A stretch of 64,000 nucleotides of DNA from Victivallales bacterium. Lineage in GTDB: Bacteria; Verrucomicrobiota; Lentisphaeria; Victivallales; UBA1829. Position numbers and translations under genes: made by a program. The stretch is from positions 21,287 to 85,286 of the forward strand of contig JAZUCU010000002.1 of assembly GCA_045639325.1 (NCBI GenBank), read 5' to 3'. Positions 1-10,537 of this stretch are shown piece by piece. Each line of letters begins with the position of its first letter. The stretch's first letter is position 1. Below the pieces are notes generated by a model, which worked only from the letters and a program-made list of their open reading frames with translations, did not search any database and was not told where the DNA came from.

Positions 1-2158
1 CACCACTGACAAAAGTATTATTTACATCGCCAAGATTGTCAACCACCCCGCCAATAACAGAGGCAGAATAGATCGTTCCTTCCTTTTCCACTTTTACTTC
101 GCCGCCGGATCTTACCGTAACGATGTGGGCAATGCCATGTTCTTTGACAACCATATTGCCATTGGCACTTACTCCAACATTATTAGCAACACCGCCTTGG
201 AAAATAATTACCTCCCCCCCATCTCTCACAGCTGTACGATTAGCCACGCCGCCCTCATAAATATGCATTTTATTATCGTCATTGCGCCGCAATACAGCAT
301 CGTTGGATTCCGGACCCTCAAAGGTTTTTTCTGAGCCTTTGTAAATAACAACTTTACCTGCTCCATCAATTATAATGCTCAATAGCTTATTTTCTAACTT
401 TAACGTGTAAGTTTTTCCGTTATAGGTGAATGTGTATCCATTAAGCTGATCCGGATCAACCGTGATCCGGGCATGACTATTCGGGGGCTTTGCCTCGCTA
501 AAACTGAGCGTGCCATAGGTTACAGAACCATCTCCTACGGTAATTGTATGATTGAATGTTTCAACATTGCCGATCAGCAGATATTCGCCGGCCGCCTGTT
601 CTGCATTGACTGTGATACTTAATGTGCCATTATTGATAACTTTCGTCCAATCATTAAGTAACACCCCATCCTCTTCACTGCGTACGGAAATATTGAAGTC
701 CATATTGCCATAATTCTCTAAAGAGCCTATAATCGCAGAATCGCCGATGGTTATATCGCCATAGTTGCATATCACACCACCGGAGATGGTCGTATTGTTC
801 GCCACCCCGCCGGAGTAGATCCACATCCTGCCCCGAGAATTGATCGTCGTGCTGTTTGCCACCCCGCCGGAGGAGATGCGCATGGAGCCGCCGGAATTGA
901 TGGTCGTGTTGTTTGCCACCCCGCCGGAGGAGATGGACATGTAGCCCCAGTCATTGATCGTCGTGCTGTTTGCAATGGTGTTTTTATGAACGGTCATACC
1001 CGTGTTCGACAAAACAACCCCGTCAATCGTGTTGGATGCAAACGTTGCAAAGGCACCATCCGCAACGTATACATAACCACCATTTTCAATAATATCTGTT
1101 GCAGTCCCGCCGGACCAGATGTCCATGTAGCCCCAGTCATTGATAATCGTGCTGTTCGCCGTCCCGCCGGAGTGGATCCACATGTCGCCGCCGGAATTGA
1201 TCGTCGTACTGTTTGCCATTCCGCCGGAGGAGATGAACATGCTTCCGCTGGAATTGATCGTCGTGTTATTTGCAATCCCGCCGGAGTAGATGTACATGTA
1301 GCCGTAGGAATTAACGGTAGTGCTGTTTGCAATGGTGTTTTTGTGAACGGTCATTTTGTCCTGTGATAAAACAAATCCTTCAATAGTGTTTGAAGCAAAA
1401 GTTACATAGGCGCCATTCTGGACGCCAACCTCCCCCCCGTTCTCAACAATCTCTGTTGCTGTCCCGCCGGAGTAGATGTTCATGTAGCCGGAATTGATCG
1501 TTGTGCTGTTTGCCGTCCCGCCGGAGTCGATGCGCATGGAGCCGCCGGAATTGACCGTCGTGTTGTTTGCCACTCCGCCGGAGTCGATGTACATGCAGCC
1601 GCCATTGATGGTCGTGCTGTTTGCCGTCCCGCCGGAGTAGATGAACATCCTGCAGCCGTAGGCATTGATCGTCGTGCTGTTCGCCACCCCGCCGGAGGAG
1701 ATGTCCATGTAGCCGTGGTCATTGATCGTCGTGCTGTTCGCCATTCCGCCGGAGGAGATGTACATGTAGCCGTTGGCATTGATGGTCGTGCTGTTTGCAA
1801 TGGTGTTTTTATGAACGGTCATCATATCGTCGTATGATAAGACAAATCCTTCAATCGTGTTGGATGCAAACGTTGCAAAGGCACCATCCGCAACGTATAC
1901 ATACCCACCATTTTCAATAATCTCTGTTGCCGTACCGCCGGAGTAGATGTACATGTAGCCGGAATTTATTGTCGTGCTATTCGCCGTCCCGCCGGAGTAG
2001 ATGTACATGTCGCCTCTAGAATTGATCGTCGTGTTGTTTGCCGTCCCGCCGGAGGAGATGTCCATCAAATCATTACCTTTTAATATTATACCTGTGCTTA
2101 TTTCGCCGCTTGTAACTCCGTAGTACATGTTAAATTCCTTTTTCATTTTTTTATCCAT
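1..2158 (-). CDS. AIDA-like beta-helix repeat surface protein, partial (runs off the window start; not in the ORF track)
   Basis: I read the frame codon by codon from ATG 2158 to base 2 and found no stop. It has 16 turns of [xIxSGG(T/V)ANSTTINxxGxM] and three ~45-aa spacer modules. The likely true start is ATG 2128, behind SD AAGGAA. No signal peptide. Confidence 0.85.
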   Translation of the reverse strand, partial: MDKKMKKEFNMYYGVTSGEISTGIILKGNDLMDISSGGTANNTTINSRGDMYIYSGGTANSTTINSGYMYIYSGGTATEIIENGGYVYVADGAFATFASNTIEGFVLSYDDMMTVHKNTIANSTTINANGYMYISSGGMANSTTINDHGYMDISSGGVANSTTINAYGCRMFIYSGGTANSTTINGGCMYIDSGGVANNTTVNSGGSMRIDSGGTANSTTINSGYMNIYSGGTATEIVENGGEVGVQNGAYVTFASNTIEGFVLSQDKMTVHKNTIANSTTVNSYGYMYIYSGGIANNTTINSSGSMFISSGGMANSTTINSGGDMWIHSGGTANSTIINDWGYMDIWSGGTATDIIENGGYVYVADGAFATFASNTIDGVVLSNTGMTVHKNTIANSTTINDWGYMSISSGGVANNTTINSGGSMRISSGGVANSTTINSRGRMWIYSGGVANNTTISGGVICNYGDITIGDSAIIGSLENYGNMDFNISVRSEEDGVLLNDWTKVINNGTLSITVNAEQAAGEYLLIGNVETFNHTITVGDGSVTYGTLSFSEAKPPNSHARITVDPDQLNGYTFTYNGKTYTLKLENKLLSIIIDGAGKVVIYKGSEKTFEGPESNDAVLRRNDDNKMHIYEGGVANRTAVRDGGEVIIFQGGVANNVGVSANGNMVVKEHGIAHIVTVRSGGEVKVEKEGTIYSASVIGGVVDNLGDVNNTFVSG

Positions 2159-2201
2159 AAATATTATTACAATATATCATCAAAAAGAAACATTTTCAAG
2201 T
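2120..2201 (-). promoter_or_regulatory. Sigma70-like promoter plus leader, copy A of an 82-bp element shared with 55593-55674
   Basis: On the - strand: TTGAAA-17 nt-TATATT with an extended TG, then AAGGAA and ATG. Near-identical to copy B. Confidence 0.65.
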
Positions 2202-2582
2202 TAAAACAGACTGATTTATTATCATTTCAGAAAAAAACAGAATTCCAAAAAGAAACGGCATCTTGAAGTGTTTTTTACAATATATCCATAAAATAATTGT
2301 TGAAATGTCGACTGGATACATAAAAAAACATTGATAAATGAGACTTTTTCTATTTTTCGTTTGCATTTTCAGAAAAGTGCGCTATTGTATAGGAGTTATG
2401 AGGTAATTTCAAAAACATTCAAAAATGCTTGAAAGATCTTGTTGCGATCTGAATATGGAGCGTTTCCGGTGGTTACTCTACGAGTAGCCACACATAAACT
2501 ACCATATCCATCTCATCAACAACCTTATTTCAAATCCTTTTTTGAAGTATTTTTGAAATAACCTCGTTATTTCGTTTTTTGA

Positions 2583-3932
<1,350 letters not shown>

Positions 3933-3947
3933 ATTCCATCCGGAGCA

Positions 3948-5150
3948 TTGATGATGAAGCGGATGAATTCCAATATCAATCCGCCTCTCATCGGCGGAGA
4001 AGAAACCGGGGAAGTGGTACGCGGCCCCATTATGCAGTTTCTGCACAATTTCTTCTCCCATTTTGATTTAATGCAAGTGATTCCTGCACTGATTTTAGTC
4101 TCTGCAGGAATTCTTTTTATTTATGGGACTGGGGAGCAAGCAGGATACGGTGCCGGATTATTCTGGAAACGTCAATTTTTCTACGCCATTGCCGGAGTCT
4201 GCGTCTGGCTGTTCCTGACTTTCTTTGATTACCGATGGCTTTCCCCTGCATCGGTTCCATTCTACATCATTTCCAACATTTTATTGATTGCTGTATTGTT
4301 TCTTGGACCGGAAGTCAATAATGCGCACCGCTGGCTGGATATCGGCGGATACAGTCTGCAACCGTCTGAGTTTGGTAAACTAGCCGTGGTGTTGAGTTTA
4401 TCCTGGCTGCTCTCCTTAAAAAATGCCGACATCAACAAGCCGTTATGGGCGTTGGCATTTTTCGGAACCTTTCTCATTCCGTTTCTCTTGATTTATAAAG
4501 AACCGGACTTGGGCTCTGCCATGGTGTTATTGCCCACAGCCGCCGCAATTGCATTTGTGGCAAATCTGAAACTTCGGTATATTCTGATTGCAGTTGTTGC
4601 AATCGGGATTCTGATGCCGGTAACTTATCACTATTTCATGCGTCCGTATCAGAAAGAACGGATTCAAACCTATCTTGATCCCAATCGGGATATGGGGTGG
4701 AATGCCCGTCAGGCGGAAATTGCAGTGGGCAGCGGCGGTTTGACCGGAAAAGGTTTTATGAACGGAACCCACTGTGTATTAGGATACTTACCGAAACGCG
4801 TGGCGAACTCCGACTTTATTTTTCCCGTGATTTCGGAGGAAACGGGATTCCTGGGTGCATTTCTGCTGATTGTGCTTTACGGATGTTTGCTGTTCTCCGT
4901 TTTCCGGACAGCGTTACTTGCGCCGGATTCCTTCGGTCGATATTTGTGTACCGGAATCGGGACAGTCATTGCCGTTCATACGGTAGTTAATATGGGGATG
5001 AGTATCCGGCTCGTACCCATTACAGGTCTGCCGCTTCCGTTGGTGAGTTACGGCGGAACGTTCCTGGTTACCGTGATGATTTACCTTGGGATCGTGCAGT
5101 CTATTTATGCACACCGTGCCAGAGAAACGTTCCTGACGACCTCCGAATAA
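3948..5150 (+). CDS. rodA: SEDS family rod-shape protein RodA
   Basis: Multi-TM protein with RWLDIGGYSLQPSEFGK, EPDLG, IAVGSGGLTGKG, SDFIF, ITGLPLPLVSYGG. Confidence 0.9.
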   Translation: MMMKRMNSNINPPLIGGEETGEVVRGPIMQFLHNFFSHFDLMQVIPALILVSAGILFIYGTGEQAGYGAGLFWKRQFFYAIAGVCVWLFLTFFDYRWLSPASVPFYIISNILLIAVLFLGPEVNNAHRWLDIGGYSLQPSEFGKLAVVLSLSWLLSLKNADINKPLWALAFFGTFLIPFLLIYKEPDLGSAMVLLPTAAAIAFVANLKLRYILIAVVAIGILMPVTYHYFMRPYQKERIQTYLDPNRDMGWNARQAEIAVGSGGLTGKGFMNGTHCVLGYLPKRVANSDFIFPVISEETGFLGAFLLIVLYGCLLFSVFRTALLAPDSFGRYLCTGIGTVIAVHTVVNMGMSIRLVPITGLPLPLVSYGGTFLVTVMIYLGIVQSIYAHRARETFLTTSE

Positions 5151-5153
5151 AGG

Positions 5154-5795
5154 TTATCTTCCGTTGCCGATAAATACGGATTTCAGAAAGAGTTCACCCA
5201 ATTCTTTCAAACCGTGCTTTTCAATTTCATTCGGATACGCACAGCGAATGTATTTAACTTCAATAATATGATCCATTTCCATGGGGTCGGGCAGGGCGAA
5301 ACCATCAATATAAATCAATCTGCCGTCTTGCGGATTTCTTCCCTTTTCCTGAAAGCGGATAACATCAACGCCATTCCATTTGATGATATCAGACTTGAAT
5401 GAGAATGTATTGCGTTTTTTATTCCACATCTGTTTATAGAGAATATGCAAATCATGAATCGAGCTGTAAATATCTTTCTGCTGTTCCCGGAGTGCATGAC
5501 AGGAAAAATCAAAGCCGGCTTTTTTCGGGTAAATCAGCCATTCCGCATAATTGCTGTTGTTGCGGTCAACATAAATGCGAAAACGGGAGTCTTCCGGATT
5601 AACAATATAAAAACCATTATACACAACCCGGCTGATGTTGCTGCGAAGATCAACCATCTTATGTCCATACTGATCCGGAACAGACGGAATTGTCAAGGCT
5701 GTATTTCCGGAATCCGGGAACACAATTGCTCTGCTGCAGCCGCATGAGAGCATTGTCAAAACAAGAAGGGAAAGCAAAGACAGGCAGTTTTTCAT
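5154..5795 (-). CDS. Hypothetical lipoprotein
   Basis: 213-aa ORF with a signal peptide ending in a lipobox-like MLSCGC. Last gene of the - strand operon. Confidence 0.6.
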   Translation of the reverse strand: MKNCLSLLSLLVLTMLSCGCSRAIVFPDSGNTALTIPSVPDQYGHKMVDLRSNISRVVYNGFYIVNPEDSRFRIYVDRNNSNYAEWLIYPKKAGFDFSCHALREQQKDIYSSIHDLHILYKQMWNKKRNTFSFKSDIIKWNGVDVIRFQEKGRNPQDGRLIYIDGFALPDPMEMDHIIEVKYIRCAYPNEIEKHGLKELGELFLKSVFIGNGR

Positions 5796-5798
5796 AAA

Positions 5799-6722
5799 TC
5801 AAACAAAGTTAATGAATTTCTTAATGAACGGGTAGAGATATTGACCGAAAATGATCATTCCCAAAGCACAGATTGTCATGAACGGAGCAAAAGCAAAACC
5901 TCTTTTTCTGCGTTTGGGACGGAAAATCCAGTAAATCGGCATGTAAATCATGGCAAGCACAGATGCAAACAGCAGAATCAGCAACGTGATAAACCAACCA
6001 AGAGCGCCAGCCGTCACAACCAGATACTTGACATCGCCCCAGCCCAGCACATCCCGTTTGAAAATTTTCTTTCCACCAATGACAAAGGCTGACATAACTG
6101 CTGCAGTTCCAGCCATATTGGCAAGACAAACCAAGAATGCATTCCAATCGGGCTGGAATGGATAAATGCTTTTATTCAGAAGGAAAAATACGGGGATGAT
6201 GAACATGGCCGGAATGGTCAATTTATCCGGAATCACCCGCAAATCACAATCGGTAAATGCGGCGGAAAGCAGAACCGCAGTCAGATAGAAGAACAGGAAC
6301 ATCATCGAAAAGGGCATTTTGCAGAATAACACCTTGAGGTAAATCGCAGCAAAAAGTACGCCGGTGATAAATTCCACGATAATGTAACGCGGGGAAATGC
6401 GTTTCCCACATTCTTTGCAGGATGCCAACAGGAAAATATAGCTGAATAACGGAATGTTTTCGTACCAGCTGATCTTGTGTCCACATTTCGGACAATGGCT
6501 TTTCGGATGGCACAGACTCATACCAATCGGAAGACGATAAATACATACATTCAAAAAACTTCCAATGTTACACCCCAGCCAGAAGAATGCGACCATGCAG
6601 AATTGCCAGTAATCGCACAAAACTTCCTTGTATAATTTCTGATTGGTTATATCTGACCAGAACTGATCGAATGAGAACATCTCCAGAATTTCTTTCAGCG
6701 TAATAACTTGTTGTCCATCCAT
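5799..6722 (-). CDS. pilD: Prepilin peptidase/N-methyltransferase (A24)
   Basis: GSFLNVCIYRLP, Zn motifs SHCPKC and CKEC, catalytic Asp motifs TDCDLRVIPD and GWGDVK, C-terminal FAPF. Confidence 0.92.
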   Translation of the reverse strand: MDGQQVITLKEILEMFSFDQFWSDITNQKLYKEVLCDYWQFCMVAFFWLGCNIGSFLNVCIYRLPIGMSLCHPKSHCPKCGHKISWYENIPLFSYIFLLASCKECGKRISPRYIIVEFITGVLFAAIYLKVLFCKMPFSMMFLFFYLTAVLLSAAFTDCDLRVIPDKLTIPAMFIIPVFFLLNKSIYPFQPDWNAFLVCLANMAGTAAVMSAFVIGGKKIFKRDVLGWGDVKYLVVTAGALGWFITLLILLFASVLAMIYMPIYWIFRPKRRKRGFAFAPFMTICALGMIIFGQYLYPFIKKFINFV

Positions 6723-6725
6723 GAT

Positions 6726-8579
6726 TTATTTCTCCAAATTGTTCAGCCAGACCGCAGCGGATGCATCGGAAGGCATCAGCCAGCTTGCGCGTGGTGATAA
6801 TGAAATTTCTGTTGCCTGCGGTCCATCAGGCATACAGGAACGTTTGAATTGCTGAGTAAAGAACCGGCGGAAGAATAATTGCAGAGTGCGACGCAATTCT
6901 TCGTCCGGATACGTATCATCGAAGGCTTTTTTCGCCAGAATCTGAATTTTTTCCGGTGCAGCTCCGTATTTGATAAAGTGATACAGATAAAAGTCATGCA
7001 GCTCATAAGCACCGAGGATATTTTCCGTTTTCTGCTGAATTCCGCCTTCCGCATCCGCAGGCAGAAGTTCCGGAGAAACCGGAGTTGCCAGCACATCCAG
7101 CAGAATTTCTTTCAATGCGGCAGAGGCCTTTGTCATGGCATACCATTCCACCAGCTTGCGGATCAACGTTTTTGGAATAGAAGGATTTACCGAATACATA
7201 GACATGTGGTCGGCGTTATAAGTGCACCATCCCAAAGCAATTTCAGAAAGGTCGCCAGTCCCGATCAATAATCCACGTTCCCGGTTTGCCACATCCATCA
7301 AAATCTGTGTCCGTTCCCGCGCCTGCGTATTTTCATAAGTCACCGTATGATCCGCCGGATCATGTCCGATATCGGTAAAATGCTGCAGACAGGCAGCTTT
7401 AATATCAACGGTACGCAATTCTGCACCAAGAGCTTCCGCCATTTTTTCGGCATTGCCTTTGGTACGTTTTGTGGTGCCGAATCCGGGCATGGTCAACGTC
7501 AGAATATCGCTCAAGTCGCGCCCCATCATGTGGAATGTTTCCGCGCAGACGAGCATCGCAAGGGTGGAATCGAGTCCGCCGGAAAGTCCGAGCACGGCTT
7601 TGACGGAGCCGGTGACTTCCAGACGTTTTGCCAAGCCTGCCGTTTGAATGCGGAAAATATCTTCGTATTCCGCATCGTTTTTGCAAAGGAACGGGTGGGG
7701 CTCAACGGTGCGATATTTCAAATCATCGGTATTGCTGACCGGCTCCTGTAATTTGCAGCCGGAATTGTTTGTAACAAGTTTATTTTGAATGCGGATTGTC
7801 TGCAATGCCCCCAGATCCACATCAGCATACAGAATTTCGCTCGCTCTGGAATAACGGGTATTTTCTTTGACTGCGCCGTTTTCTGCAATCAGAAGCTGAC
7901 CATCACACACAAAGTCCGTAGTCGACTCCATAACTCCCGACGCAGCAGAAAGATAAACGGCATGTCCCAACGCCGAACGATTGCGGAATGTTTCCCGTTT
8001 CAAAGCGGCATCGGTGGCATTGATATTGCCTTTTGCCGGATTACAAACCACGGATACGCCCTGCTGCATCAACGTCATCGCAGGTGAACAAATAGCTTTC
8101 CAGTCGTCACCGACCTCAACCCCGAGAGTGAAAAGGTCGTTGATCCGGAACCGGTCAGAAAATTCGGGTGTGTTTGCGGTGAGCAATTGTGATCCATCAG
8201 CAAAATACCGGTCAGCCTTACAGCCCGGTGTCAAAGTGATGGTATTATTCTGCACCACAGCCGCACAATCATAAACATTATTATTATATAATACAGGGAG
8301 TCCGACAACCAGAATGGTGTTACCGGTGGTAAAATCTGCCGCAATCTTGCGGAGTCCATCCCAGGCTTTCCGGAGAAAGAAAGGCTGAAGAAACAAATCG
8401 CCGCAGGTTGCGCCGGTAATACTCAGCTCCGGAAACAGAATCAAACTTGCGCCTTCTGCTTCCGCCTGATGTCCGCAACGGATGATTTCGTTCACGTTGT
8501 AATCAATATCCGCCACCCGGATGACCGGGCTTACACTTGCAAATCGGTAAAATCCATACATTCTATTCAGCTCCTTCAT
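6726..8579 (-). CDS. nadE: Two-domain NAD+ synthetase (glutaminase domain appears degenerate)
   Basis: FPELSITG, LGLSGGLDST, ENTQARERT, GTGDLSE, SPEL. Start is either 8579 (ATGA overlap with mutL) or 8561 (behind AAGGAG). Confidence 0.93.
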   Translation of the reverse strand: MKELNRMYGFYRFASVSPVIRVADIDYNVNEIIRCGHQAEAEGASLILFPELSITGATCGDLFLQPFFLRKAWDGLRKIAADFTTGNTILVVGLPVLYNNNVYDCAAVVQNNTITLTPGCKADRYFADGSQLLTANTPEFSDRFRINDLFTLGVEVGDDWKAICSPAMTLMQQGVSVVCNPAKGNINATDAALKRETFRNRSALGHAVYLSAASGVMESTTDFVCDGQLLIAENGAVKENTRYSRASEILYADVDLGALQTIRIQNKLVTNNSGCKLQEPVSNTDDLKYRTVEPHPFLCKNDAEYEDIFRIQTAGLAKRLEVTGSVKAVLGLSGGLDSTLAMLVCAETFHMMGRDLSDILTLTMPGFGTTKRTKGNAEKMAEALGAELRTVDIKAACLQHFTDIGHDPADHTVTYENTQARERTQILMDVANRERGLLIGTGDLSEIALGWCTYNADHMSMYSVNPSIPKTLIRKLVEWYAMTKASAALKEILLDVLATPVSPELLPADAEGGIQQKTENILGAYELHDFYLYHFIKYGAAPEKIQILAKKAFDDTYPDEELRRTLQLFFRRFFTQQFKRSCMPDGPQATEISLSPRASWLMPSDASAAVWLNNLEK

Positions 8580-10537
8580 TTTCTTCCGAAACGGCGTTCC
8601 ACTTCGGAAAGAGGTATATTCAAAATCGTGGGGCGTCCATGGGGACAGGAGAATGGTAATTCGCATTTGGATAAATCTTTGACCAATGCCTTACATTCTT
8701 CCATGCTCAACTTTTCGTGCGCTTTGACCGCAGCTTTACATGCAGCCCGGGCAATCCGTTCGATAACATTTTTCTGAACTGCACCGTCCGCCGTCAAACG
8801 TGACAATAAATCCTGAAAAAATCCACCGGCATTCTCCTGTTTGATCGCAGCCGGAATACCATGCAGAATCAAAGTGTTCTGCCCGAATGGTTCAATTTCG
8901 AATCCGACTTTTTCAAATTCTGCAACATTGCGGGTAACAAACAACATATCGGACCTTGTCATTTCCAATGTAATGGGCAGCAGAAGTTTTTGACAATGTA
9001 CGCCGTTCAGACCACGCAAAATCTGTTCAAACAGAATCCGTTCGTGTGCCGCATGCTGATCGATCAGCACCATACCGCCCGGAATTGTACCGATGATATA
9101 GGAATTTTCAAAGGTTCCAAGAATCTGCATTTCTCCGGACATACTGGGATAATGCGGGCGGGCATCTTCCTGTTCCAGAGTGAAAGGTACTTCTTCCTGG
9201 GGCTCGGGCTCGGGCTCGGTTTGTTTTGTTTCTGTTGCAGCAAAAAGATCTGCGGAGGTATCGGAGGATGAGGTATTTTCTTCAGTTACAGCTGGGGTTC
9301 TTTTTACATTATCAGCAGTAATTGTATGCAGCGCAGAAACTTCCTGCCGTTCAGGGAAGATCCGCATGACGCCCGGACGATATTCCACCAGGCAATTCAT
9401 GAGAATTTCATCAATGGTTAAATTGCTCTGCGTCAAATGGGTATCTTCTTTCGCCGGAGCAGGAACAAAATCGGCATAAACTTTTGTATTTGACTTGTAA
9501 CTGTCGTTCTCTTTGCTGCTGTCCTGAGGAACGGTACCGGTTACCGGATCCTGTTCACGCAAAGCTTTTGCGATTGCCGAACGGACGGCGGCAGTCAATT
9601 CGTATTCATGACGGAAGCGGACTTCCCGTTTTGCAGGATGCACGTTGACGTCCACTTCTCCGGGATTGATCGTGATAAAAAGAATCGCTACGGGATAACG
9701 TCCTTTTTCCAACATCGGTCCGTAACCTTCCCGGATTCCGCGATAAATCGCCAGGGCTTCCACACAGCGGCCATTGACAAAGGTGCGTTGTTCATTTCTG
9801 GTATTGCGGGTGAAATCGCGTCGGGAAATATAGCCTTCCACCTGGATCCCATATTCGGAATAAAACACCGGAATCAGCGCATCGGCACAGCTTTTACCGA
9901 AAAGATCCCGAATTCGCGGCGTCAAATCCTGAGCGGCAGGCGATGAAATTGCAATCCGGTTATCCAGTTTCAGTTCAAATGCCACATCGGGATTGGATAA
10001 GGAAATATTGGTCACACATTCCAGAATATGACGTTCTTCCGTTGCCGTCGAACGCATAAATTTGCGTCGGGCGGGAATATTGAAAAAGAGATCCCGCACA
10101 GTCACTTCTGTCCCGGGTGCACAGCCGACCGGTTTCGTACCGAGCAGAGTGCCGCCGTTGACTGTGACCTCAGTCCCTTCCTGAGCTTCTTTGCGTCTTG
10201 TCCGAATCTGAAAACGGGAGACGGAAGCGATACTGGGCAGGGCTTCCCCGCGGAACCCGAATGAGGTAATCGCAAAAATATCTTCTTCTTTTTTAATCTT
10301 ACTGGTGGCATGGGATTCCAAACAAAGGAGCGCATCATCCGCATCCATTCCCTCACCATTGTCCCGAACCGCAATTGATTTCTGTCCGGCCTTTTCCACA
10401 GCGACGGAAATCTTGCGAGCTCCCGCATCGAGAGAGTTCTCCATGAGTTCTTTGACAACGGACGATGGTCTCTCCACCACTTCACCGGCAGCGATCCGGT
10501 TGCAAACTTCTTCTGTTAATAAATGTATCCGGCTCAT
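8576..10537 (-). CDS. mutL: DNA mismatch repair protein MutL (endonuclease type)
   Basis: IAAGEVVERP, ENSLDAGA, GFRGEALPSI, VNVHPAKREVRF, DQHAAHER, CPHGRP. Confidence 0.98.
   Translation of the reverse strand: MSRIHLLTEEVCNRIAAGEVVERPSSVVKELMENSLDAGARKISVAVEKAGQKSIAVRDNGEGMDADDALLCLESHATSKIKKEEDIFAITSFGFRGEALPSIASVSRFQIRTRRKEAQEGTEVTVNGGTLLGTKPVGCAPGTEVTVRDLFFNIPARRKFMRSTATEERHILECVTNISLSNPDVAFELKLDNRIAISSPAAQDLTPRIRDLFGKSCADALIPVFYSEYGIQVEGYISRRDFTRNTRNEQRTFVNGRCVEALAIYRGIREGYGPMLEKGRYPVAILFITINPGEVDVNVHPAKREVRFRHEYELTAAVRSAIAKALREQDPVTGTVPQDSSKENDSYKSNTKVYADFVPAPAKEDTHLTQSNLTIDEILMNCLVEYRPGVMRIFPERQEVSALHTITADNVKRTPAVTEENTSSSDTSADLFAATETKQTEPEPEPQEEVPFTLEQEDARPHYPSMSGEMQILGTFENSYIIGTIPGGMVLIDQHAAHERILFEQILRGLNGVHCQKLLLPITLEMTRSDMLFVTRNVAEFEKVGFEIEPFGQNTLILHGIPAAIKQENAGGFFQDLLSRLTADGAVQKNVIERIARAACKAAVKAHEKLSMEECKALVKDLSKCELPFSCPHGRPTILNIPLSEVERRFGRK

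Noticed and set aside
770-2060. Regular ~57-bp repeats here and at 55726-56430 as a CRISPR array
   Set aside because: The units are in-frame multiples of 3 inside one open ORF, there are no unique spacers of constant length, and no cas genes are present.
2440-2495. Purine riboswitch upstream of purA
   Set aside because: AATATGG and GTTTC are present, but there is no P2 pairing, no TTTCTAC junction and no CCGTAAA loop.
9200-9217. (GGGCTC)3 hexamer repeat in mutL as a mutator switch
   Set aside because: In-frame, and it encodes EPEPEP in the disordered linker, not the ATPase lid, so copy changes are probably neutral.
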